Shown piece by piece: positions 1 to 8,749 of a stretch of DNA of 63,608 nucleotides. This DNA is from Syntrophomonadaceae bacterium (GTDB taxonomy: Bacteria; Bacillota; Dethiobacteria; DTU022). A model generated the notes under the pieces. The model was not told where the DNA came from. It was given only the letters and a program-made list of their open reading frames with translations, and did no database searches. The position numbers were made by a program, and so were the translations under genes. Positions within the stretch are counted from its first letter, which is position 1. Each line of letters starts with the position of its first letter. The stretch is from contig SLRT01000018.1 in NCBI GenBank assembly GCA_007130825.1, forward strand, positions 1-63,608, written 5' to 3'.

Positions 1-606
1 AGCGATATTTTCGGGACCTTCGGCAAGGATAGTTTTTTCCAATTCCCGGGCACAACTTACGTTGCAGTCTGGATAAGTTGAATCCCGGTAACAGCGGTAA
101 CAGTGCGGAGCCGGAACCAGGGGGAAAGGCATAACCAGTGGCGAATAGAGGCTTCGTCTTTGAACATTGCCGGCAGCAGAAAGGGTGGCAATAGAACTGC
201 CGTGATAACTGAGGTGACGTCCGATAAATTTCCACTTGTTTTGATTACCTTTTTGGCGGTGATATTGAATCGCGATGCTGAAAGCTGTTTCATTGGCTTC
301 TGTTCCACCGGAAACAAGATATGCATAGTCCAAACCGGGAGGGGCAGATTCTGTTATCAGGCGGGCCAGCTCTTCCTGCGGCCGGCTGGTAAACATCGTG
401 CCGTGGGCAAAACAGGTCTGTTTTGCTTCCTGATACAAGGCCTCGGCCACGGAGGTGACTCCGTAACCAATATTTGTTACCACACAACCGGAGGCCCCAT
501 CCAGATATCTTTTTCCGTTACAATCCCAAACAAAAACTCCCTCACCTTTTGCGATAACCGGATAATCTTTTTCTAATGAACGGTAAAATACATTGGAGTT
601 ATCCAA
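1..606 (-). CDS. Class III PLP-dependent aminotransferase, N-terminal part (gene continues past the window start)
   Basis: Absent from the ORF track because it is open at the window edge. My minus-strand translation from TTG at 606 (GAGGTGA upstream) reads LDNSNVFYRSLEKDYPVIAKGEGVFVWDCNGKRYLDGASGCVVTNIGYG...YLVSGGTEANETA...GRHLSYHGSS, typical of class III aminotransferases. 606 nt is exactly 202 codons. Confidence 0.8.
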   Translation of the reverse strand, partial: MDNSNVFYRSLEKDYPVIAKGEGVFVWDCNGKRYLDGASGCVVTNIGYGVTSVAEALYQEAKQTCFAHGTMFTSRPQEELARLITESAPPGLDYAYLVSGGTEANETAFSIAIQYHRQKGNQNKWKFIGRHLSYHGSSIATLSAAGNVQRRSLYSPLVMPFPLVPAPHCYRCYRDSTYPDCNVSCARELEKTILAEGPENIA

Positions 607-621
607 GCCCTAATCACCTCA

Positions 622-1953
622 TCACGAGATAGTGGAGTACCTGCCGCTAAAATAAAAGAAACCAACTGAAAAGATCAGCACTATTATGCCCAGGATAATC
701 CAGCTGTTGGCATACGCATCGCTGAGATCAGCGATCAGGCCGAATATGGGCGGGGTGATTACCGTGCTGGTGCGGGGGAAAATAAGAGCCAGGCCGGTTA
801 CTACGCCGATATACTCTTTTGAAACCAGCTCGCTGACCGCCGTGAAATAAATAGCAATTACCCCCATGGTGCAAAAGCCAAACAAAAAAGAAAAGCTCAG
901 GATGGCGTAGGGAGGGAAATAAAACCTGCTCACAACGAGGCCGAAAAAGAGGGCCAGTGCGGAAATAAGCATTCCGAGCAGAAAAAGTCCTTTGCGCCTG
1001 TCACCATGAAATACTCTTTCATTGATCAGCCCCCAGACAGGCTGGCCGGCTACTCCCCCGATATGGAAAGTGCCCAGGCCCAAACCGGCAAATGCAGCAG
1101 AGGTGCCCAAATCCCTGGTCAGGTAGAGCGGGAAATGTCCGGTCACAGAAGAAATACTCATGCCGAAAACGATGCCCATAGTGAATACGCTCAAAAGGTA
1201 ACGGTTTTTGATCAGCGCTAACAGATCTTCTTTCAGGGAACCAGTTTTGATTTCAGGGGAGGCAGTCGCTTTTTCCTCCCGGATCTCCGGAGGCTGATAG
1301 AATTTTAGGATAAAAAAAGTGACCATAGCGGCAAAAACGCTGCCGAAGATCAGGGCTGTGCGCCAGCCCAACATTTCACCCAAGAAAGGAAGCATGACAG
1401 CGCCTAAAACGCCTCCAAGGCCTCCTCCGCCATGAACAATGCCCATCGAAAAGCTTCTTTTCGATGGTTCAGACAGTTCTATTACTCCCTTGTTGACCGA
1501 GGGTGTAATAACACTGAATGCGGTCCCAGTAAAGAAAGCAAGCACAAGGATGATCCCGAATAAAGGGGAGAAGGAATGGAGCAGGATCATAAAAGCTACT
1601 ACTCCCACCCCGAGGACCAGTCCCCTTTTTGTTCCCAGGTAATCAGCAATTCGTCCGCTGAAAACAGCAATGAACACAGCGCTTAAAAAGTAGAAACTGG
1701 TGTAAAGACCAACCTGGGCTCTGCTGACGAGGAATTCTTCCTGGACCAGAGGCAGCAGGGCTTTAAATCCCTGTACATTGGCAAATACGGCAATATATGC
1801 CGTAGAGATGATTAGTAATAGGATCCAGTTTTTTGGGTTTCCAGCTTCTTTGTGATTGTTTTTCATCCAGTACACCGATACATTATCTGCTTCAGAGTAT
1901 TCATATACCAGTATTTGCCCCCAGTAGTTATTTAACTGATATAAGATTAACAC
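622..1953 (-). CDS. MFS transporter
   Basis: 443-aa ORF with about 12 hydrophobic segments in two halves, split by a charged loop (QPPEIREEKATASPEIK). The real start may be ATG at 1866 (MKNNHKEAG...). Confidence 0.85.
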   Translation of the reverse strand: MLILYQLNNYWGQILVYEYSEADNVSVYWMKNNHKEAGNPKNWILLLIISTAYIAVFANVQGFKALLPLVQEEFLVSRAQVGLYTSFYFLSAVFIAVFSGRIADYLGTKRGLVLGVGVVAFMILLHSFSPLFGIILVLAFFTGTAFSVITPSVNKGVIELSEPSKRSFSMGIVHGGGGLGGVLGAVMLPFLGEMLGWRTALIFGSVFAAMVTFFILKFYQPPEIREEKATASPEIKTGSLKEDLLALIKNRYLLSVFTMGIVFGMSISSVTGHFPLYLTRDLGTSAAFAGLGLGTFHIGGVAGQPVWGLINERVFHGDRRKGLFLLGMLISALALFFGLVVSRFYFPPYAILSFSFLFGFCTMGVIAIYFTAVSELVSKEYIGVVTGLALIFPRTSTVITPPIFGLIADLSDAYANSWIILGIIVLIFSVGFFYFSGRYSTIS

Positions 1954-2185
1954 AAGTGCGGAAAAAATTCAGTAGCATTTAGAGATATCTCTTTAAAACG
2001 AAGCATATGGGCTGAAGCATTTTCCCAGGAGTTTGGTTTAAATGAAACCGGCGTGTTTTCTATAAAAAGGTTTTTTGTGTTTGTTGCCGAATGATTTTAA
2101 TTCCGGACTTAATTTTACCCTCCGGCTGTCTTGAAATCGGGGCGCTTATAAGACGAATCCGTAAAGAAGGTGGGTGGTAATTAAT

Positions 2186-2713
2186 ATGGGTTATATTTTC
2201 AGCAAAAGAATTTGGGCAAGATTAACCCCGGCCTTGTTATTTGGCTTGCTTTTTATCTATTGCCTGATATCACCTGTGTCGGCAGCGATGTATGGGGATG
2301 TTAATAGTGATGGAAAAATCAATGTCCAGGATGTGGCCATGGTGATGCGGCATGTTCTAAGCCTTGAATCCTTAAGTGAAAAGGAAATTATATTTGCAGA
2401 TGTCAACAGCGACGACGTTATCAATGTCCAGGACGTAACTTTAATCATGCAGAAGTCTCTGGGATTAATAGAGGAATTTCCAGACATACCGGATGCTGCA
2501 CCGGGTTTAATTAAAGAGTTCATAGTTGCCGAAGGATTAACACCCGGCAATAAGACCGTTATTGTTATTCTTGACACGGCCGATCCGCAGGATTATCAAG
2601 TCAAAGTGGGTGGCACTGTTTTAAGCTACCAGGATACGGCACAGGGGTTTAGAGGTGAAGTGTCTGAAGAAAATGCTAAGCGCAGCCAGTTAGAAATTCG
2701 AAAACTAGATTGA
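2186..2713 (+). CDS. Small secreted dockerin-repeat protein
   Basis: N-terminal signal peptide, then two Ca-binding dockerin type I-like repeats (DVNSDGKINVQDVAMVMRHVL and DVNSDDVINVQDVTLIMQKSL), then an unrecognised tail of about 80 aa. The ATG at 2186 follows AAGGTGGGTGG; the ORF track starts at GTG 2174. Confidence 0.75.
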   Translation: MGYIFSKRIWARLTPALLFGLLFIYCLISPVSAAMYGDVNSDGKINVQDVAMVMRHVLSLESLSEKEIIFADVNSDDVINVQDVTLIMQKSLGLIEEFPDIPDAAPGLIKEFIVAEGLTPGNKTVIVILDTADPQDYQVKVGGTVLSYQDTAQGFRGEVSEENAKRSQLEIRKLD

Positions 2714-2777
2714 GCTTTGCGTGGGATGGCGCAAACTGAGTATTGAAATGAAAATTAGTTAAATCGGAGGTTTAATA

Positions 2778-3158
2778 ATGACTTTGGAATTTTATTCTAC
2801 AAAAACAGCACCTGAAGCGGTTGGCCCTTACAACCAGGCAGTTAAAGCAGGAAACCTGCTCTTTATTTCTGGACAACTGCCTCTTGACCCGGCCACGGGC
2901 GAAATGGTCAAAGGGGACGCAGGGGCGCAGGCAAAGCAATGTATGAAAAATGTTCTTGCCCTCCTTGAAGCGGCAAAGTTGTCTGATAAAAGTATCGCAA
3001 AAACAACTATATATGTCAGTGATTTGAATGATTTTAACCTGGTTAATGAAGTTTATGCTTCTTTTTTTACAGGAGAATATCCGGCCAGGGCTTGCATTGA
3101 AGTCTCGGGCTTGCCCAGGGGCGCTGATGTGGAAATAGAAGCGATTGCCTGCTACTAA
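2778..3158 (+). CDS. ridA: RidA/YjgF-family reactive intermediate (enamine/imine) deaminase
   Basis: 126 aa. GPYNQAVKAGNLLFISGQLPLDP...ARACIEVSGLPRGADVEIEAIA is the classic YjgF/RidA signature and length. Confidence 0.9.
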   Translation: MTLEFYSTKTAPEAVGPYNQAVKAGNLLFISGQLPLDPATGEMVKGDAGAQAKQCMKNVLALLEAAKLSDKSIAKTTIYVSDLNDFNLVNEVYASFFTGEYPARACIEVSGLPRGADVEIEAIACY

Positions 3159-3201
3159 ATGCATTGTGGTAAAAAATACCTGCTATATGGATTAAAATGA
3201 G

Positions 3202-4341
3202 GTGTTAAAGTTGCAGACAACTCACAATATAATATTCGAAGATTCGAGAAGAATCGGCGCTTTAGATGATCAAAGCATTGATCTGGTTGTCACTTCACCA
3301 CCTTACCCGATGATAGAGATGTGGGATGATCAATTTACGAAAATGAATCCTGATGCCGGCATTTATCTTAAAAACGGTAGCTATGGAAAAGCATTTCAAT
3401 CAATGCATGCAATTCTGGATGAGGTCTGGTGTGAATTATATCGCGTGATGAAAGTCGGTGCAGTGGCCTGTATAAATATTGGCGATGCCACGCGTACTAT
3501 CAACAATCGTTTTCAATTATTTGCCAACCATTCCCGCATACAAAACAGGTTTTTTGAGCTTGGCTTTGATGTCCTGCCCCTTATTTTGTGGCGTAAACAG
3601 ACCAACGCTCCCAATAAATTTATGGGTTCGGGCATGCTGCCGGCGGGTGCTTACGTAACTCTTGAACATGAATATATACTGATTTTCAGAAAAGGTCCCA
3701 AACGAAAGTTTTCAACGGCTGAAGAGAAGCATAAGCGGATGCTGAGCAGTTTCTTCTGGGAAGAAAGGAACCTTTGGTTCTCCGATCTTTGGGATTTCAA
3801 GGGAGCCAGGCAGGAAACGAACAATTGTCAATTACGCAACAGGAGCGGAGCTTTTCCTTTAGAGCTGCCCTTTAGGCTGATCAACATGTATTCAGTCTTT
3901 GGAGATACGGTACTTGATCCTTTTATCGGCACCGGAACGACAGCCATGGCGGCTATGGCTGCCGGAAGAAATAGCACTGGCTGTGAAATAGACCCCGGTT
4001 TTTTTGAACCGGTTAAAAAAAGAATTACCGGAGATCCGCATGTGCTAAACAACTATAACCTAAAAAGAATAAAAAATCATCTTGAATTTGTCCGGAACTA
4101 TAACGGGATAAAAGGTGAATTAAAGCACACCAACAGCTATTTTGGTTTTCCGGTAATGACCGGGCAGGAAAAAGAATTAAAGTTAGCTTTTGTCAGAACA
4201 GTGGAAGAGCAGGGGGATAATTGTTTTAAGGTCACATATTTTAGTGATCAATATATACAAAGCATTGATCCCGGGCAGCTGAATATAGATCAGCTTACCG
4301 ATGATCACGGGATCCAGTCCACGATTCTTTTTAACGATTAG
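3202..4341 (+). CDS. Beta-class N4/N6 DNA methyltransferase (SPPY motif, likely m4C), no adjacent endonuclease
   Basis: Motif IV is DLVVTSPPYPM near the N-terminus and motif I is LDPFIGTGTTAMAA about 200 aa later; IV before I gives beta-class order. There is a C-terminal extension of about 110 aa. An alternative start is TTG 3211, after GAGGTG. Confidence 0.85.
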   Translation: MLKLQTTHNIIFEDSRRIGALDDQSIDLVVTSPPYPMIEMWDDQFTKMNPDAGIYLKNGSYGKAFQSMHAILDEVWCELYRVMKVGAVACINIGDATRTINNRFQLFANHSRIQNRFFELGFDVLPLILWRKQTNAPNKFMGSGMLPAGAYVTLEHEYILIFRKGPKRKFSTAEEKHKRMLSSFFWEERNLWFSDLWDFKGARQETNNCQLRNRSGAFPLELPFRLINMYSVFGDTVLDPFIGTGTTAMAAMAAGRNSTGCEIDPGFFEPVKKRITGDPHVLNNYNLKRIKNHLEFVRNYNGIKGELKHTNSYFGFPVMTGQEKELKLAFVRTVEEQGDNCFKVTYFSDQYIQSIDPGQLNIDQLTDDHGIQSTILFND

Positions 4342-4672
4342 CGCTGATAGAAGTATTCCAAACAGGTATGCATTTCCTATTCTGTAAGATATAATACATT
4401 TCAGCCAGGCCGGAAAAGATCTTACCGGTATGATTAGAGTATACGGCCATTTCGCCGGGCTCCAACAATAGTGGATGCAAGCGCGCTTCTCGCCACGGCT
4501 GTCTGCTTTGAAGGGGAAAGGGGTGAAAGTGTACCCGGCCTTATAAACCCTCCTACCCTTGAGTGGGGATGGTCGGGGGTGAAAAGTATAGTATTAACCA
4601 TGTGCGGTTCGGGCAAAAAATTCTCAACTTACCGTGCTCCGATAAGATTCTGACTCAAGAAAAAGGAGTGTA

Positions 4673-5479
4673 TTGTTAAAAGTGAAGCAACTAAATAATG
4701 CTACAAAGTACCCGGTGTTAACCCTCGAAAAAACACTTCAGATTATCAATATTATGAAGGAGGGGCCAAATGACGGAGTAAGGATTAAAGATATCAGCCA
4801 AAAACTAAATATGGGCAAAAGCACCGTTCACCGTATCCTGAATACTCTTTTAGCCCACGGTTATGTTGAGCAGGGCAGTGACAACAAAAAGTACCGCCTC
4901 GGATGGAAATTTTTTGAAGTAGGAAGCATTGTTCCCCGCCAGCGTAACCTTAATAATGTTGAGCTGAAAGTACTTTGGGATCTTTGCGAAAAGTACGAAG
5001 AGACGGTCAACCTGGGGATCAGGATTTATGATAAAGTGGCCATTGTAGCCAAGGCAGATCCCCAAAAGGTTCTTTTTAAGACAGGACCTTACCTGGGAGA
5101 ACAGGAACCGGTACATGCTACTGCCCTGGGTAAAGCTCTTATTTCTGGGTTAGGTGAAGAAGAACTGGAAAAATTATTTGCCCGAAAGTCTTTGGAAAAG
5201 TATACCAATAACACGGTTTCCAGCCTGGCGGAGTTAAAAAAGCAGTTAGCGCAGGTGTGCAAGCAGGGTTACGCATTTGATCGGGAGGAGCTTTCTGTCG
5301 GTTTAACCTGTATCGCCATGCCAGTATATAATTACAGTAATGAAATTATTGCCGCCATCAGCATTAGCGGCCCTTCGTTTCGAATGGATCAAAATAAAAT
5401 CATGATCTGCAGGGAAGGTTTAAAGCAAGCCTGCAGCCAGCTGTCTGTTTTCTTTGGTTCTAGTAACAAAAGTAATTAA
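4673..5479 (+). CDS. IclR-family transcriptional regulator
   Basis: 268 aa with an N-terminal wHTH (GVRIKDISQKLNMGKSTVHRILNTLLAHGYV) and a C-terminal IclR effector domain (LTCIAMPVYN...IAAISISGP). Confidence 0.9.
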   Translation: MLKVKQLNNATKYPVLTLEKTLQIINIMKEGPNDGVRIKDISQKLNMGKSTVHRILNTLLAHGYVEQGSDNKKYRLGWKFFEVGSIVPRQRNLNNVELKVLWDLCEKYEETVNLGIRIYDKVAIVAKADPQKVLFKTGPYLGEQEPVHATALGKALISGLGEEELEKLFARKSLEKYTNNTVSSLAELKKQLAQVCKQGYAFDREELSVGLTCIAMPVYNYSNEIIAAISISGPSFRMDQNKIMICREGLKQACSQLSVFFGSSNKSN

Positions 5480-5728
5480 AAAAATTGGCAGTTGAAATGC
5501 CGAAGCTGTTAGGGAAAAAGTTTAATAACGTTTGTGAAAATGAAGGCCTGGTTGTAAAGGGTTTTTTATTTAATAATTTTTAGTTCTGATAATAGGAACA
5601 CAGTATTTTATTGTAAAATTTTTTTAGAATCATGCAGGAGATTATAAATTATTCGCGAATATTTCAAGGCACTAGAAAAAAATAGCAATTTTTAGGCCTT
5701 TAAAGTATATTAAGAAAGAGACCAGAAT

Positions 5729-6931
5729 ATGGATACAATAAAACGAGCTGTAAACTCGGTAATTGATGAAGTGATCAGTCTAAGGCGGGATTTTCACGCT
5801 AATCCCGAGCTGGGGTTTGCGGAGCATCGCACAGCGGGAATAATTGAAGAATATCTACACGAACTCGGGATCGCAACAAAGAGAATGGCTGAAACAGGCG
5901 TAGTCGGTATGATTGAAGGAGAAAATTCAAATCCGGTTTTGCTGCTGCGAGCCGACATGGATGCCCTTCCGGTTGAGGAAGCAAACGATCTTTCTTACTG
6001 CTCAGGGTGTCCCGGAGTTATGCATGCCTGTGGACACGATGCTCATATGGCCATGTTGCTCGGGGCAGCAAGGGTGCTGAAGGGTATAAGTAATGAGTTG
6101 GCAGGCAGTATTAAGCTGGTCTTTCAGCCTAACGAGGAAGTTGCCGGGGCGCTGAGCATGATTGAAGAAGGAGTGCTGCAAAATCCGACTGTGGATGCAG
6201 CGATGGGACTGCACATCTGGGCCCCCTTAGTGACCGGCAAAATAGGGGTTTGCTCGGGCGCGGTCATGGGCGGCCTGGAGGTTTTTAAAATTACTGTCCA
6301 GGGTAAGGGTGGACACACCGGTTATCCGGAGACAGCGATAGATCCAGTGATTGCCGCAGCGGATATCATCCAGACGGCGCAACGAATACAAACCAGGGAA
6401 ATTAGTCCGGGGAAACCTACAGCAATTATCTTTGGCCGCATCTCTGGGGGAACCAGGGCGAATATAATTCCCGATACCGTTATACTGGAAGGATCTGTGC
6501 GCACTCTTTATGCCGACCATGAGGATGAAAATCCGATGCAGCGTTTAAAACAGCTTGCCGAGAAGGTAACTGCAGTCCATGGCTGCAGCTGCAAAGTAGA
6601 GTGGTACCGGGAAAATATACCACTGATTAACGATCCCTTTATGGCCCGCCTTGCTGCTGCAGTTACCCGGGAAATGCTCGGCAGTGAGGGATTGGTTTCA
6701 GACCTGGCCTGTATGCCGAGTGAGGACTTTTCTGAGTTTTCCGCCCGTGTTCCCGGTGTGTTTACATTTTTAGGAACCGGTAATAAAGAAAAAGAAAGCG
6801 ATTATTCCCATCACAATCCTCGTTTTAATATTGATGAAGACAGTTTACCGCTGGGGGTAGAGATGTTTGTCCGGTTCGCGCTGAGGTTTTTCAATGATGA
6901 GGAGGTGTTAAAAAGCAAAACTATCTATTGA
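5729..6931 (+). CDS. M20-family amidohydrolase (N-acyl-amino-acid / hippurate hydrolase type)
   Basis: 400 aa. RRDFHANPELGFAEHRT, LLRADMDALP and MHACGHDAH are metal-ligand motifs typical of M20D amidohydrolases. Confidence 0.9.
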   Translation: MDTIKRAVNSVIDEVISLRRDFHANPELGFAEHRTAGIIEEYLHELGIATKRMAETGVVGMIEGENSNPVLLLRADMDALPVEEANDLSYCSGCPGVMHACGHDAHMAMLLGAARVLKGISNELAGSIKLVFQPNEEVAGALSMIEEGVLQNPTVDAAMGLHIWAPLVTGKIGVCSGAVMGGLEVFKITVQGKGGHTGYPETAIDPVIAAADIIQTAQRIQTREISPGKPTAIIFGRISGGTRANIIPDTVILEGSVRTLYADHEDENPMQRLKQLAEKVTAVHGCSCKVEWYRENIPLINDPFMARLAAAVTREMLGSEGLVSDLACMPSEDFSEFSARVPGVFTFLGTGNKEKESDYSHHNPRFNIDEDSLPLGVEMFVRFALRFFNDEEVLKSKTIY

Positions 6932-6985
6932 AAGGTAGCTTGACGCTAGATGTTGATTGTATTTTAATTATTTGGGGGTATGTAA

Positions 6986-8116
6986 ATGATAAGCAAAAAT
7001 AAGCTTTGGATGTTGTTGATACTGGTTACCATTCTGGCTGCCGGACTTGTAATGGCGGCAGGCTGTGAAGAGGCACCGGTGGAAGAAGAAGAGCCGGAAG
7101 AAGCAGTTCCCGATGATGAGGTAGAGGTAGATGAACCTGTTCTCGATGAGGTTATAGAAGCCAGGCTCGCTTCTGAAGAAATCGAAGGCGATTTCATGAC
7201 TGTGTGGGCGGAGAATTTTTCCGAGCACATGTATGATTGGTCTGACGGTAAATTCCAGCTGGATGTTTATCCGATGGGAACTCTCGGCGACCTTCGTGAT
7301 ATTAACGAGCTGGCTCAGCTGGGCGTAGTGGAATATGTTTTCTCCGACTTTGCCTGGATTGGCGCTTTTGTTCCCGAGGCTATGGTATTTGGCCTGCACT
7401 ACATGTGGCCGGAAGAACGGCCCTGGGAAGTTATGGAGTGGGTAGTCAGGAACGGAGAAACGATGGACATTCTCGAAGAGAGCTATCGCCGTGAAGGCCT
7501 GGTTCCCTTAAGCATCATGTTTGAAGGTTGGCAGTGGATGACAGCGAATGAACCAATCGAAACAGTAGAGGATATGCAGGGCTATGATGTGCGGATTATG
7601 GCTTCTGATATGCTTAACGAACAGTACCTGGCTCTTGGCGCTTCTCCCACCCCGATGGATTACGGAGAAGTATACAGTGGCTTACAAACCGGGCTTATTG
7701 ACGGCCAGGTAAACCCGCTGTTTGCGATCAAGAGTATGGATTTTTACCAGGAACAGGATTACTTTACCCAAATTTATGCCGAGGTGTTTGTCGGTATCCC
7801 GACCATAAACATGGTATTCTTTGATAGTCTGCCCGAAGAAGTGCAGCAGGAGCACCGGGAATGGTGGGCTCAGGCCATTTTACCCGCAGCAGACTGGATT
7901 AACGACCGGCATGAATCGGACCTCAATGCCATGTTGGAAGATCGGCCTGAGATTGAAATAATCGAGGTTACCGGTGAAGAGCAGGAAGGGTTTAAAGAAA
8001 AAGCAATGGAAGCTCACGAGAAATTCTTTGAGTATGGCGGACCAAACGCAGAAGCTATTTACGATGCGCTGGTCAGCGATATTGAGCAGGCCAAACAAGA
8101 ACTGGATATAGATTAA
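6986..8116 (+). CDS. TRAP transporter substrate-binding protein (DctP family), lipoprotein with an acidic linker
   Basis: Signal peptide plus lipobox (LVMAAGC), a Glu/Asp-rich linker of about 45 aa, then a DctP-like body (LGDLRDINELAQLGVVEY...GLQTGLIDGQVNPL). It is followed by DctQ and DctM genes. Confidence 0.9.
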   Translation: MISKNKLWMLLILVTILAAGLVMAAGCEEAPVEEEEPEEAVPDDEVEVDEPVLDEVIEARLASEEIEGDFMTVWAENFSEHMYDWSDGKFQLDVYPMGTLGDLRDINELAQLGVVEYVFSDFAWIGAFVPEAMVFGLHYMWPEERPWEVMEWVVRNGETMDILEESYRREGLVPLSIMFEGWQWMTANEPIETVEDMQGYDVRIMASDMLNEQYLALGASPTPMDYGEVYSGLQTGLIDGQVNPLFAIKSMDFYQEQDYFTQIYAEVFVGIPTINMVFFDSLPEEVQQEHREWWAQAILPAADWINDRHESDLNAMLEDRPEIEIIEVTGEEQEGFKEKAMEAHEKFFEYGGPNAEAIYDALVSDIEQAKQELDID

Positions 8117-8134
8117 CATTAACCGAGAGCACAT

Positions 8135-8171
8135 GCCCTGCAGCGGAGAAAATACCGCTGCAGGGCTTTTT
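8135..8171 (+). terminator. Intra-operon intrinsic terminator/attenuator between the TRAP binding-protein and permease genes
   Basis: Perfect 12-bp stem GCCCTGCAGCGG / CCGCTGCAGGGC (8135-8146 and 8155-8166), an 8-nt loop, then TTTTT. Confidence 0.75.
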
Positions 8172-8191
8172 AAAAAGTGAGGTTAAGCTAT

Positions 8192-8719
8192 ATGAACTCA
8201 ATTTTTAGGATAGTCGGCAAAATTGTGGACTGGTTCGAGGTGTTGGTATTAAGTTTAGGAGTTTTTCTGCTTGCCGCCCTGTTAATCGCCAATGTAATTG
8301 CCAGAAATTTTTTCAGAAGCATATATTATGCCGAAGAAGTATCGATGATCCTGGTAATTTTTATCACTTTTGTGGGCTTGAGTTATGCAGTTCGCAAAGC
8401 AAGGCATATTCGCATGGGAGCTATTTTTGATGCGCTCAACCCGAAATGGCAAAAGATCATGTTGTTCATAATTGCCGGTTACAGCGCATTTTTTATGTTT
8501 TTAATGGCCTACTATGCTTATGAATACGTGGTAACGGCCCGGTTAACGATGCAGGTCACTTCTTCTTTGCGTATTCCGTACTGGATAATTGTGGTTATTG
8601 TCGTTATCGGCTTTTTTTCAGCCGGAATTCAATATATACGCACGATCATAAAAAATATTATTGAAAAAGATGTCTGGCTCTCCCCGGAACAGCAGAGTGA
8701 ATATGAGGCAGAAGGGTAA
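8192..8719 (+). CDS. TRAP transporter small permease (DctQ family)
   Basis: Four hydrophobic helices, DctQ-like size, sits between the DctP and DctM genes. The ATG at 8192 lies 9 nt after GTGAGG; the ORF track starts at 8177. Confidence 0.85.
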   Translation: MNSIFRIVGKIVDWFEVLVLSLGVFLLAALLIANVIARNFFRSIYYAEEVSMILVIFITFVGLSYAVRKARHIRMGAIFDALNPKWQKIMLFIIAGYSAFFMFLMAYYAYEYVVTARLTMQVTSSLRIPYWIIVVIVVIGFFSAGIQYIRTIIKNIIEKDVWLSPEQQSEYEAEG

Positions 8720-8749
8720 GCATCATTTGTGGAAGGTGGTGAGATATAG

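Noticed and set aside
57-576. ORF-track entries 57-326(-), 103-576(+) and 290-487(-).
   Set aside because: All lie inside a 202-codon open minus-strand frame that translates into an unmistakable class III aminotransferase. The listed ORFs are other-frame or antisense shadows with odd composition.
4342-4672. Possible structured RNA downstream of the methyltransferase. I considered a group II intron domain V, 6S, SRP, RNase P and a riboswitch.
   Set aside because: I could not fold a domain-V-like 34-nt hairpin on either strand: the GAAA loop has no complementary arms. None of the conserved cores of the other RNAs are present. It is kept only as unexplained DNA in the methyltransferase finding.
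6964-7399. Minus-strand ORFs of 88 and 143 aa with Ser/Thr-rich low complexity.
   Set aside because: They are antisense to the GAA/GAG-rich acidic linker of the TRAP binding protein, which is a classic shadow-ORF artefact.
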